A DNA stretch of 64,000 nucleotides from assembly GCA_965216325.1 (NCBI GenBank), contig OZ244160.1, positions 192,001-256,000 on the forward strand, written 5' to 3'. Positions 1-12,261 of the stretch are shown piece by piece. Numbering within the stretch: position 1 is the stretch's first letter; each line of letters begins with the position of its first letter. Origin of the DNA: Coraliomargarita sp. (GTDB taxonomy: Bacteria > Verrucomicrobiota > Verrucomicrobiia > Opitutales > Coraliomargaritaceae). The notes beneath the pieces were generated by a model. That model made no database searches and was not told where the DNA came from. It saw only the letters and a list, made by a program, of their open reading frames with translations. Made by a program: the position numbers and the translations under genes.

Positions 1-342
<342 letters not shown>

Positions 343-368
343 GCTGCCGGGAAAGCCCTTCTTAGGCT

Positions 369-455
<87 letters not shown>

Positions 456-463
456 ATACCATC

Positions 464-1651
464 ATGCCAAACCAACCAACACTATCCACATGGGCCAGCA
501 ACATCGCGCCGTCGCCGACGCTGGCTGTCGATGCAAAAGCTAAAGAGCTGAAAGCTGCGGGCGAAGACGTCTGCGGTTTCGGTGCCGGTGAACCGGATTT
601 CGATACTCCGGAGTTCATCAAAGAGGCCTGTGCGAAGGCTCTGGCTGAGGGTAAGACCAAATATGCGCCTGCTCCGGGCATTCCTGAGCTGCGCTCGGCG
701 CTTGCTGAGAAATACCGCAATGACAATGGTGTCGACGGTGTGGAAGCCTCGCAGATCGTGGTTAGCCCGGGCGGAAAGTATTCGTGCTACCTCGCAATCA
801 TGGCGGTGGTTAGTCCAGGAGACGAGGTGATCATCCCCGCCCCATACTGGGTCAGCTACCCAGAGATGGTGAAGCTCGCGGGTGGCACGCCGAAGAGTAT
901 TTTTGCCGGCGCGGATGCCGGATTTAAAATTACACCGGAGCAGTTGAAAGAGGCGATTACGCCGAAGACGCGCATGGTCATTATCAACAGCCCGTCCAAC
1001 CCGACCGGTGCGATCTACACACGTCCTGAGCTTGAAGCACTCACACAAGTCGCGGTTGACGCAGGAATCTATATCATGTCTGACGAGATCTATGAGTATC
1101 TCCTTTATGATGGTGTGGAGCACGTCAGCCCTGCGTCCTTCTCTAAGGAAGCAGCGGAGCATGTGATCACGGTGGCTGGCTTCAGCAAGACCTTCTCCAT
1201 GACTGGTTGGCGCCTCGGCACACTGATGGCACCGCCTGCCGTTGCCAAGGCAGTAGCCAGCATTCAAAGCCAGACTAGCTCCAATGCGACCACCTTTGCG
1301 CAGTATGGTGCATTGGCTGCGATGGAGAATTGGGACAAAGCCATGAGCGCCGTGAACGAAATGCTCACCGTCTTTGACCGTCGCCGTCTGCGCCTGCTCG
1401 AAGGCCTTACTGCGATCGACGGCGTCCAGTGCCCACGTGCACAGGGTGCGTTCTACTTGTTTCCGAACATCGAATCCTTCGGTCTTAGCGCAAATGACTT
1501 TGCCGGCAAGATCCTCGAAGAAGAGAAGGTCGCGCTGGTCCCGGGCGAAGGTTTCGGTGCGCCAGGCTACGTGCGTCTGAGTTACGCGATTTCCGATGAA
1601 GTGATCGAGAAGGGCCTCGAGCGTCTCGTGCGCTTCTGTGCAAAACTTTAA
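464..1651 (+). CDS. aspC: Aspartate aminotransferase (PLP class I/II)
   Basis: [19 protein letters not shown] and [15 protein letters not shown]-lysine motifs. Confidence 0.9.
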   Translation: MPNQPTLSTWASNIAPSPTLAVDAKAKELKAAGEDVCGFGAGEPDFDTPEFIKEACAKALAEGKTKYAPAPGIPELRSALAEKYRNDNGVDGVEASQIVVSPGGKYSCYLAIMAVVSPGDEVIIPAPYWVSYPEMVKLAGGTPKSIFAGADAGFKITPEQLKEAITPKTRMVIINSPSNPTGAIYTRPELEALTQVAVDAGIYIMSDEIYEYLLYDGVEHVSPASFSKEAAEHVITVAGFSKTFSMTGWRLGTLMAPPAVAKAVASIQSQTSSNATTFAQYGALAAMENWDKAMSAVNEMLTVFDRRRLRLLEGLTAIDGVQCPRAQGAFYLFPNIESFGLSANDFAGKILEEEKVALVPGEGFGAPGYVRLSYAISDEVIEKGLERLVRFCAKL

Positions 1652-1655
1652 TTAA

Positions 1656-3944
<2,289 letters not shown>

Positions 3945-3966
3945 GGTTTCTCTAACTTCATTAAGC

Positions 3967-3998
3967 AAAAGCCCCGGTCATCCGACCGGGGCTTTTTT
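3967..3998 (+). terminator. Intrinsic terminator (possibly bidirectional)
   Basis: AAAAGCCCCGGTC-ATCC-GACCGGGGCTTTTTT. Confidence 0.85.
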
Positions 3999-4129
3999 AT
4001 GCTCCACGACTACGCGGAAGAAAATCGTATCCATTGACGCGCTGGCGGTTGCGGTGCCCGTAGTAGTTGAATTAACGGTAACTGGTGAGGCGTGGAGCCG
4101 CTGTGCAGAGAAGGCAGTGAAAAACTGAT

Positions 4130-5714
4130 TAGCCCGTATATTGCATGAATGGGTTTGTCTTGGTCAGGTTGATCTTTTTTCGCTCAGTTGGTGTAAAGGG
4201 ACTACTGAATCGCAGGCAAAAAGCGTTAGCTTTTATCTGTAAGCATAGCTTAGCTCTATCCCTGCGTATATTTGGCTTCCTCTGGAGTTGAGCCGCAGGG
4301 TGAAGCGCGAAGGTGGATTTTAAGTGGGATGTAGTTTGGCCGCACATGCGGCAAAGGCCTGTTGATCGGGACATGCGACGCTGAGCCGGAACAGCCAGCG
4401 GCTGCGTTTTCGTTCAATCAGGCAAGCGATCTTCACGAGTTTGATCCGTATGCTGTGCACGGTGGCGCGTTCCAATTTGGTGCCTGCCAATCCGATACGG
4501 CGAATTGTGTCCATGAGCACGTAAGCGAGTGAAGACAGGAGCACCCGCCACTGGTTCGCCCACCAGTTTGAAGCACTGGTGCGGTCACTGAAGAGCATCA
4601 TTTGTTCTTTGATTTTATTCTCCATTTCGCCCCGCTCGCAGTAGTGCGCGTATACCTGCTCGGGCGCTTCGCTCACATTGGTAATCACAAAGCGAGGGTT
4701 CGCACCGAGCTTGGTGTGTTCGGCCTTATGGATGATCCGGCGACTGCGTTTCCATTTACCGGCCGCGTAAGTAAACTGCCCAAAGCGCTTTTGCTTTTCA
4801 TCGGTCTGCTCAAAGTCTTCGGCAACTTGCTGTTGTAACTTGGCTCCAGCTCGCTGCAGACGTGGATTACGTGCGATCCCGACGACATAATCGACTTGGT
4901 TACGTTCACACCAACCCAATACTCGGTGGCGACAAAAACCACTGTCGGCGCGAAAGACGATCTTCACCTGCGGCCACCGCTGACGGATATAAGTAGTCAG
5001 CAACTTGAGAATCGCACCGGCATGCTTGGCCGCATCGATATTGCTCGGGCGCAGGTAAGCGACGAGCAACTGCGAACCGCAAAACACATAAAGTGGAAAG
5101 AAGCAGTAGTTACCATAGTAGCCGTGAAAGAAACGTCCCTCTTGCATGCCATGGACCGGATCATCAGTCGCATCAAAATCCAAAACAATGCGCTCAGGAG
5201 CCTGCTGGAAGGAATCAAGGAACTGATCGACGAACAACTTGTTCAAGGCTACCGCACCACTGCGATCCTGAGCGTTCTCAAAGCGGCACAATGTCGATCC
5301 GCTGCCAAGGCTCTTGTCGCCCCCGGCAAGCATCTGCCAGAGGGGATCATCCCGAAACTCGTCAAAATCGTTCAAGTCCTCATAGCCACTGGCCAAACCA
5401 TAGACGCGCTGGCGTAGCAATTGCTCAGCGCTGTGCTTAATCTTACCCGGCTGGCGATCATCGACCAAACGCTTCGATGCAGCCTTGGTCAGACCTAAGC
5501 GACGATCCGCTTCGCGTAATAACAGCAAGCCCCCATCACTACTCAATCTAACTGCGTCAAAACGAGCACTCACCCGCTTGCTTTTATGACTTGTGAAACG
5601 ATACGTGCTCTGTTGTTTTTCTGACATCGAAGGGTTTTGGGTTCTTTTTCGCAACTAACTGCATAGCAGTTGCTTGAAACCCTTCGATACTTTATTCGCG
5701 CAATATGCGGGCTA
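4130..5714 (-). mobile_element. IS1380-family insertion sequence
   Basis: Terminal inverted repeats TAGCCCGTATATTGCATGAAT (4130-4150) and the reverse complement of 5694-5714, TAGCCCGCATATTGCGCGAAT (18/21), flank one transposase; exact ends are uncertain by 2-3 nt. Confidence 0.88.
4320..5627 (-). CDS. IS1380-family DDE transposase
   Basis: LSSDGGLLLL, GYEDLND, LDFDATDDPVHG, VFRADSGF, RGEMENKIKE motifs; ATG at 5627 preferred. Confidence 0.92.
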   Translation of the reverse strand: MSEKQQSTYRFTSHKSKRVSARFDAVRLSSDGGLLLLREADRRLGLTKAASKRLVDDRQPGKIKHSAEQLLRQRVYGLASGYEDLNDFDEFRDDPLWQMLAGGDKSLGSGSTLCRFENAQDRSGAVALNKLFVDQFLDSFQQAPERIVLDFDATDDPVHGMQEGRFFHGYYGNYCFFPLYVFCGSQLLVAYLRPSNIDAAKHAGAILKLLTTYIRQRWPQVKIVFRADSGFCRHRVLGWCERNQVDYVVGIARNPRLQRAGAKLQQQVAEDFEQTDEKQKRFGQFTYAAGKWKRSRRIIHKAEHTKLGANPRFVITNVSEAPEQVYAHYCERGEMENKIKEQMMLFSDRTSASNWWANQWRVLLSSLAYVLMDTIRRIGLAGTKLERATVHSIRIKLVKIACLIERKRSRWLFRLSVACPDQQAFAACAAKLHPT

Positions 5715-6844
5715 GTCTGCTTGCTGTTGTAGTTCAGGCGAAGAGCACTAGCTCATTCATCCCCGGGGCCATCTGGCCAGATGATCAAGGGGTGCACATC
5801 AACGCCCATGGCGGTGGTGTGCTGTTTCATGGGGACCGCTATTACTGGTTTGGTGAGCATAAGGTCGCAGGTGCTGCGGGAAACCGTGCGCAAGTCGGTG
5901 TTCACGTCTATTCGTCTACAGATCTCTACAACTGGAAAGATGAGGGGGTTGCCCTGCAGGTGTCGGACGATGCGGACAGTGACATTGTAAAGGGCTGTAT
6001 TATAGAGCGCCCGAAGGTTATCTATAATGCGAAGACGGATAAGTTCGTCATGTGGTTTCATTTGGAACTCAAAGGGCAGGGCTATGATGCCGCTCGTTCC
6101 GGTATTGCTATTTCGGATACAGTCACAGGGCCCTATACCTTTGTTCGAAGCTTGCGCCCGAATGCCGGACAGTGGCCCATTAATGTAACGGAGGCTCAAA
6201 AAGATTCTGCGTCGATCGAGCGCACGAAGCAGGAGCAGGAAGACTTTAGTGGCGGTCCGACAGCAAAACATGCCAAGTTTAATATCCTCGGTTCGCACTT
6301 TGAAGGCGGACAAATGGCGCGTGATATGAACCTGTTTGTTGATGACGACGGCAAGGCCTACCACATCTACTCTTCGGAGCATAACTCAACACTGCATATT
6401 TCGCTGTTGTCCGATGATTATTTGAGTCACGTCGGCACCTATACGCGCAACTTCCCGTTCCGTTGGATGGAAGCGCCTGCGCTGTTCAAGCGTAAGGGCA
6501 AATACTATCTGATCGCTTCAGGCTGCACTGGCTGGGATCCGAATGCGGCACGCTCTGCCGTTGCCGATTCGATTCTCGGTGAATGGACCGAGTTGAAGAA
6601 CCCCTGTGTGGGCATCAATCCAGAGAATCAGCTTGGTCCGGAGAAAACCTTCGGCGGGCAGAGCACATGCGTGTTCCCGGTTCAGGGTAAGGCGGACGCG
6701 TATATCGCGATGTTTGATATTTGGCGTCCACAGGATGCGATTGATGGCCGTTATGTGTGGCTGCCGATTGAATTTGACGACCAAGGCTTCACGATCGAGT
6801 GGGCTGATGAATGGGATCTGAGCTTCTTTGACTCGAAGGATTAA
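5705..6844 (+). CDS. Glycoside hydrolase family 43 (GH43_24-like, beta-galactanase-type); N-terminus altered by the IS
   Basis: HINAHGGG, YYWFGE, IERPKVIYN, RDMNLFVDDDGKAY, MEAPALFK, TFGGQST. Confidence 0.85.
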   Translation: MRASLLAVVVQAKSTSSFIPGAIWPDDQGVHINAHGGGVLFHGDRYYWFGEHKVAGAAGNRAQVGVHVYSSTDLYNWKDEGVALQVSDDADSDIVKGCIIERPKVIYNAKTDKFVMWFHLELKGQGYDAARSGIAISDTVTGPYTFVRSLRPNAGQWPINVTEAQKDSASIERTKQEQEDFSGGPTAKHAKFNILGSHFEGGQMARDMNLFVDDDGKAYHIYSSEHNSTLHISLLSDDYLSHVGTYTRNFPFRWMEAPALFKRKGKYYLIASGCTGWDPNAARSAVADSILGEWTELKNPCVGINPENQLGPEKTFGGQSTCVFPVQGKADAYIAMFDIWRPQDAIDGRYVWLPIEFDDQGFTIEWADEWDLSFFDSKD

Positions 6845-7041
6845 TGCCATTTCATCTTCAACCCCGTCTCTCTGTATCCGCAGGAGGCTGGGTTGGATGC
6901 TTTCGGTGGCCGATGTCTGCCGACACGAGAAAGCCGCAAGCCTTAAAGGCTGCGGCCTCATGTAGGGATGCTGTGCTGGGGGCTGCCTAATAACGCATTG
7001 AAGAAGGTTTGGCCCAGTTGGTGCGAACCATCGATTGAGCA

Positions 7042-7105
7042 GGACAGGAATGTCCTGCCTCCTGAATCAAGTGCCTCTTTTCCAGGAGGACGGACATTCT
7101 TGTCC
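7042..7105. repeat. REP-like inverted pair (GGACAAGAATGTCC family)
   Basis: GGACAGGAATGTCCTGCCTCCTG versus the reverse complement of 7083-7105 (20/23); same family at 52467-52532. Confidence 0.75.
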
Positions 7106-7115
7106 GTCTTAAAGC

Positions 7116-8180
7116 TCATACCTTATTCAAAGAGGTATAAGTCGCAGGGGAAATACAGGATTGACGCTCTACCAGCTCAGCATTGATGAGCTGAGTGGCG
7201 CCAGCTGGAGTGCTTGGCGCCTCTTCCAGGCTTTTGATCAACATTTCGGCGGCAGCGACACCGATCTCATAGGGGCGTTGGTCAAAGCTACTGAGTTGAG
7301 GTCGTAAAACACGGCTAATTTCCTGATTGCCACATCCGAGTACGGAGAGGTCGTCTGGAATTTTGAGATTGTTTTGTTCTGCGGCTTGATAGCTCAGCTC
7401 CGCCAGATCGTCGTTGGTGGCGAATAGGGCGCTTGGTCGGTCCTTGCCCGAGAGGGCTTTGCTTAGTGCTTGAATGCTCAGTTCGGGTTGATGCACGGAG
7501 GGAAGTTCTATGCGTTGCACAGTGGCGCCTTGGCCGAATTCCTGAATCGCCTGAATAAATCCTTCTTCGCGTAGTTGCCAGACACTCACATTTTGAGCAA
7601 CGCAGGTCACTGCCAGCTTCCGATGTCCGAGTGCGAGTAGGTGCTTGGCGGCCGCTTGTCCGATGCGACGGTCATCGGTGCCAGAAAATGAACAGTCGAA
7701 TTTGCTTAAACGACGGTCTACGGTGACAATGGGAATGCCCATATTCAGGCTTTCTTTGAAATAGTGCTCGTCCGCTTGGTCAAAGGTTGGGCGTGTGATG
7801 ATCCCATCGACTCGTAGTGCGATCAAGCGATTGATTTTGTCATGCTCTTCAGTGTGTTCATTGCTCGAGATGTAGCGACTTGGCCAGCTGAGCAGCATGT
7901 TGTAATCGTGCTTATCGAGGGTGTCGTGAATGCCCTGTACCATCGGCTCGTAATAGCCCATAGCAGGAACCATGACTCCAATAATACGGCTCTTGCCGGT
8001 CTGCATGCCGCGCGCCTGAAGGTTGGGGCGGTAGCCCATTTGCTCCGCGATTTGTTTGATTCGTATGCGATTTTCTTCCGACATCCGTCCTTTGCCGCTG
8101 AGGGCGTTGGATACAGACATGGTGGTGACTCCTGCTTTTTCGGCGATCGCTCGTAGACTGACTTGGGATTTGGGTTTCAC
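7116..8180 (-). CDS. LacI-family transcriptional regulator
   Basis: N-terminal HTH (LRAIAEKAGVTTMSVSNAL, YRPNLQAR) plus sugar-binding domain (LGHRK, IPDDLSVLG). Confidence 0.92.
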   Translation of the reverse strand: MKPKSQVSLRAIAEKAGVTTMSVSNALSGKGRMSEENRIRIKQIAEQMGYRPNLQARGMQTGKSRIIGVMVPAMGYYEPMVQGIHDTLDKHDYNMLLSWPSRYISSNEHTEEHDKINRLIALRVDGIITRPTFDQADEHYFKESLNMGIPIVTVDRRLSKFDCSFSGTDDRRIGQAAAKHLLALGHRKLAVTCVAQNVSVWQLREEGFIQAIQEFGQGATVQRIELPSVHQPELSIQALSKALSGKDRPSALFATNDDLAELSYQAAEQNNLKIPDDLSVLGCGNQEISRVLRPQLSSFDQRPYEIGVAAAEMLIKSLEEAPSTPAGATQLINAELVERQSCISPATYTSLNKV

Positions 8181-8370
8181 TTTTGGCTAACGAATTGTAG
8201 CATATAGATCTAATTTATGTTTCGTACCGTTAGTAGGATTTAAATTAATGAGCTGGGAGTAAAGTGCTTATTTGAGCTTCCTGATTCGCAGTCCCGTGAA
8301 TACGGGATAAAGCTCTGGAGATACTATATTAGTGTTATCTTTACCTGTTCGATCTGGGTGTATACTTTGT

Positions 8371-8406
8371 CCCCAATCCTTAGAGTGGCCACTCTAAGGA
8401 TTGGGG
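8371..8406. repeat. Perfect 36-bp palindrome with no spacer
   Basis: CCCCAATCCTTAGAGTGG|CCACTCTAAGGATTGGGG. Confidence 0.9.
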
Positions 8407-8811
8407 CATGGAATTGTCGTTCGGCTGGATTTTGGGCACATGCTTTCATGTGAGAGCACTGATCCGTTTGGCTAAACCGCGGTAGGCTGTGATGTGTGGA
8501 GCCACTAAACCGGTTCCGGGTTTGTCTTGAGTTTTGAGACGGGCGACATGACCGGTCCGCAGGAACCGGACCACCGCAGGTGAGAGGTCCCGCTCGGTGT
8601 CATCTTGTGGGCTGAAATTAGAAACAAAAAAGCCCGCGTGCTGCGGGCAAAAATGGCGGGATAGACGGGACTCGTTCCGAGTGCTTCGCTTACGAAGCGC
8701 GACATGACCGGTCCGCAGGAACCGGACCACCGAAGGTAAGAGGTCCCGCTCGGTGTCATCTTGTGGGCTGAAATCAGACACAAAAAAGCCCGCGTGCTGC
8801 GGGCAAAAAAA

Positions 8812-8891
<80 letters not shown>

Positions 8892-8994
8892 CGTTGATGA
8901 AGTCGCGGAAGCTAGGTTTCGGGAGTGCCAAGTCAAGCAGTAAGCTAAAAACCTGCGATTTCTGTGTGTAATTTACAGCTGCGGGTAAAACAAA

Positions 8995-9098
8995 GTAGAA
9001 GCGGCATCCTGCCCTACGAGGGGCTCAGGGCCTTGAGCTTGCCGAAACGGCCACCTTCAATTAGGTCTAGTGGGAAGCGGCTGGAAGCGCGCTTCTGC
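8995..9098. repeat. Degenerate GTAG-type REP pair
   Basis: GTAGAAGCGGCATCCTGCC ... GCGGCTGGAAGCGCGCTTCTGC. Confidence 0.55.
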
Positions 9099-9302
9099 CA
9101 TAGGCATCAGACACAAAAAAGCCCGCGTGCTGCGGGCAAAAAAATGGCGGGATAGACGGGACTCGTTCCGAGCGCTTCGCTTACGAAGCGCGACATGACC
9201 GGTCCGCAGGAACCGGACCACCGAAGGTAAGAGGTCCCGCTCGGTGTCATCTTGTGGGCTGAAATCAGACACAAAAAAGCCCGCGTGCTGCGGGCAAAAA
9301 AA

Positions 9303-9380
<78 letters not shown>

Positions 9381-9479
9381 TCCGTTGGTGAAGTCGCAGA
9401 AGCTAGGTTTTAGAGGTCTTAAGTCAAGTGATGTTTTTTATTTTTTTATCTTTTTTCTGATTTCGATCTTTAGGAGCCC

Positions 9480-10610
9480 TTATCCCTCTGACTGAGCGAT
9501 GCTTAGCTCTTCAGCGAATTCGGCTATAATTCGTTCCCAGCCCAAGCCTTCAGCTGTTTGTCGTGCGGCTGAAGCGATTGAAGGCCATTTCCCCGGGGTA
9601 TCGAGTGCGTGATCAAGTTGTGTGAGGTAGTCTTTCTGAACATCGAATTGAGCAATGAAACCATTCTTGCCACTCTCAATGTAGCGACCGGGGGCGGCGT
9701 AGTCGTAGGCGACGGTAACCAAGCCGGATGCCATGGCTTCAGTGACTACGTTACCAAAGGTCTCGGTGATACTGGGGAAGATGAATAGGTCGCCGGACGC
9801 GTAATGGCGGGCGAGATCTTCACCTTTCTGCATTCCTGAAAAAATAAAGTCCGGGTGTTGCTTCTCGATCTTGGTCCGTTCGGGCCCGTCGCCGACGAAG
9901 ACGCAGGCGGCATTGGGATAGCGCTGTTTGATGCGCTCAAAAGCGTTTACGGTCAGTGGGATATTTTTCTCCGCTGCGATGCGGCTGACAAATATGGCGA
10001 CGATTCCGTTTTCCGGGTCCACACCCCAGCGCTGGCGCAGCTCCGCGCAGCGTTTGCTGGGACTAAACAACTCGGTATCCACCCCGCGCCCGAGTAGTCG
10101 TGTGCCTTGCACGCCCATCGCCTCAAGCTGAGCGATCACATCTTTTGACGGTGCAAAGGTGCGGCGCGTGCGGTTGTGAGTCTTACGCAGGAAGCCGCCA
10201 ACGAGTCGTTCCAGAATCGGCAGCTTGTAGTGCTTCATGTATTCGTGGAAGTTGGTGTGGAATCCACTGGTAACCGGGATGTTCAATTTCTCTGCTGCGC
10301 CGATTGCGGATTGTCCCAAAGGGCCTTCGGTGGCTACGTAGATAATGTCTGGGCGGTCCTGTTTCCAGTGCTTCTGGAGAGTCTTGCGACAGGGGAGGCC
10401 GAAGCGCAGGCCGTCGTAGCCAGGAAGCGGCAGGCCCGGAACGATGAGTTCGTTGGCATAGGTCGCATTCTGAGCTTCGGAGCTTTGGCGCGGGCGCACG
10501 ATCGCCACGGAGTGCCCTTGCTGACGAAGCCCGCTTGCGATGCGGCTAAGTGTCATGGCGACACCATTGACCTCGGGAGGATAGGTTTCGGTGACGATGC
10601 AAAGCTTCAT
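9480..10610 (-). CDS. Glycosyltransferase family 4 (GT-B)
   Basis: MKLCIVTETYPPEVNGVA start; FPSITETFGNVVTEAMASG (E-x7-E). Confidence 0.92.
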   Translation of the reverse strand: MKLCIVTETYPPEVNGVAMTLSRIASGLRQQGHSVAIVRPRQSSEAQNATYANELIVPGLPLPGYDGLRFGLPCRKTLQKHWKQDRPDIIYVATEGPLGQSAIGAAEKLNIPVTSGFHTNFHEYMKHYKLPILERLVGGFLRKTHNRTRRTFAPSKDVIAQLEAMGVQGTRLLGRGVDTELFSPSKRCAELRQRWGVDPENGIVAIFVSRIAAEKNIPLTVNAFERIKQRYPNAACVFVGDGPERTKIEKQHPDFIFSGMQKGEDLARHYASGDLFIFPSITETFGNVVTEAMASGLVTVAYDYAAPGRYIESGKNGFIAQFDVQKDYLTQLDHALDTPGKWPSIASAARQTAEGLGWERIIAEFAEELSIAQSEG

Positions 10611-10701
10611 CTTAGTGGTTGCTCCTGTATTGCCATGTGCGTGCTGCCCGTCAAATTCTTCGACCGCTTCTAAAGAGACAAGCTGAGAATTTGAACAACA
10701 G

Positions 10702-11589
10702 GTGACAAAACAGTTACATATCATCACCGGTCCGACTGCTGTCGGCAAGACCGAGTATGCCTTGAGCTATGCCGAGCAGCACAATGCGGAGATCGTGTCG
10801 TGTGACGCTTCGCTCTTTTACCGGGGCATGGATATTGGTACGGCAAAGCCGACTCCTGAGGAATTGGCACGTGTCCCGCACCATTTGATAGATATCTGTG
10901 AGGTCGATCAGCCCTTTGATATTGTGGCTTTTGATGCCGCGGCCCATGCGGCGATTGAGGATATTTGTTCGAGGGGCAAATCAGTTGTGGTGACCGGGGG
11001 GAGCGGTTTCTATTTGAAAAGCTTTCTGGCCCCCGTGATCGATACCGTTGTGGTTGCGGATTCCATTCGTGAGGAAGTCGTCGGCCTGTATGAGTCGGAG
11101 GGGCTGGGTGCGCTCCTCGCGGCCTTGAATGAAGTCAGTCCAGATGGTCTCGGAAATTTGGATACAAAGAATCCGCGTCGGGTGTTACGTGCCTTGGAGC
11201 GCTGCATGGCGTCGGGCAAGAGCTTGCCTCAGTTACAGGCTGAGTTTGCCGCGCGACCCGAGCCCTATGCGGATTGCGAAAAGCGCTTGGTTCTACTGTC
11301 TCGCGAGCCTGAACAACTGAAACAACGTGTCGCCTTGCGAGCGGAACAAATGGTTGAAGCGGGATTGATCGAGGAGGTCGCTGCATTGCGAGACGCAGGC
11401 ATCGAACGCAATCCGAGTGCGGCTGCTGCGATCGGTTATCGGGAGACTCTGGCGCATTTACGTGGCGAACTGAATCGCGAGGAGTTGCTCGCCGCGATTA
11501 TTCAGAACACTCTGCATTTGGTGAAGAAACAGCGCACTTGGTTTCGCACGCAAATTCGCGAGCCGGACGAGCGTATTGAATTTTCGTAA
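10702..11589 (+). CDS. miaA: tRNA dimethylallyltransferase
   Basis: GPTAVGKT, YRGMDIGTAKP, PHHLID, GGSGFY, KKQRTWFR. Confidence 0.95.
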   Translation: MTKQLHIITGPTAVGKTEYALSYAEQHNAEIVSCDASLFYRGMDIGTAKPTPEELARVPHHLIDICEVDQPFDIVAFDAAAHAAIEDICSRGKSVVVTGGSGFYLKSFLAPVIDTVVVADSIREEVVGLYESEGLGALLAALNEVSPDGLGNLDTKNPRRVLRALERCMASGKSLPQLQAEFAARPEPYADCEKRLVLLSREPEQLKQRVALRAEQMVEAGLIEEVAALRDAGIERNPSAAAAIGYRETLAHLRGELNREELLAAIIQNTLHLVKKQRTWFRTQIREPDERIEFS

Positions 11590-11657
11590 CTGTAACTTTA
11601 GTTTATGAAAGCTTTGGTTGACAACTGTCTGTGGAATTGTAGAACGTAAGTTCCCAG

Positions 11658-12260
11658 ATGGGCACGAGTCTGAAATACAGAGTTCTTATCCTGAACCGCC
11701 TTTGGCAACCGGTTAACATTGTCGGGGTTCAGCGAGCTTTCAGTCTCTTACTTCAGGACCACGCGCAAGCGATCAATACGCGCGACCAGAGTTTTCTCAT
11801 GATGGATTCCGCCCAGTGGTTGGAGTATTCCGCTACCGAACCGCCTGCGGATGATGAAGCCTATTTGAACACAGTCCGTAGCCGCATTCGTGTGCCGAAG
11901 GTTTTGATCCTGCGTGAATATGATAAGCTTCCGGCTCAAGAGGTGAAGTTTACGCGGGATAATTTATTCGAGCGCGATAACTACCGCTGTCAGTATTGCG
12001 GGAATGCGTTTACCGCTCAGGATTTGAATATGGATCACGTGATTCCGCGTGACCAAGGAGGACGCACTTCTTGGGAGAACATCGTGACGTCCTGTATCAA
12101 GTGTAATACCCGAAAAGCAAACCGCCTACCACATCAGGCGAGCATGCATTTGATTAAGAAGCCTGAGCGTCCACGCTGGAGACCATTTGTGAGTTCGCTA
12201 ATTGGCTCGGAGTGCGACGAAGAGTGGACACACTTCATTCAAGGCGAGAAGGCTGGTTAA
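11658..12260 (+). CDS. HNH endonuclease (McrA-like)
   Basis: VLILN N-terminus, RDNYRCQYCG, DHVIPRDQGG, WENIVTSCIKCN. Confidence 0.9.
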   Translation: MGTSLKYRVLILNRLWQPVNIVGVQRAFSLLLQDHAQAINTRDQSFLMMDSAQWLEYSATEPPADDEAYLNTVRSRIRVPKVLILREYDKLPAQEVKFTRDNLFERDNYRCQYCGNAFTAQDLNMDHVIPRDQGGRTSWENIVTSCIKCNTRKANRLPHQASMHLIKKPERPRWRPFVSSLIGSECDEEWTHFIQGEKAG

Positions 12261-12261
12261 G

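Noticed and set aside
11658..12260. HNH gene as part of a defence or RNA-guided system
   Set aside because: It is a stand-alone McrA-like type among housekeeping genes, with no adjacent methylase, array or ncRNA visible.
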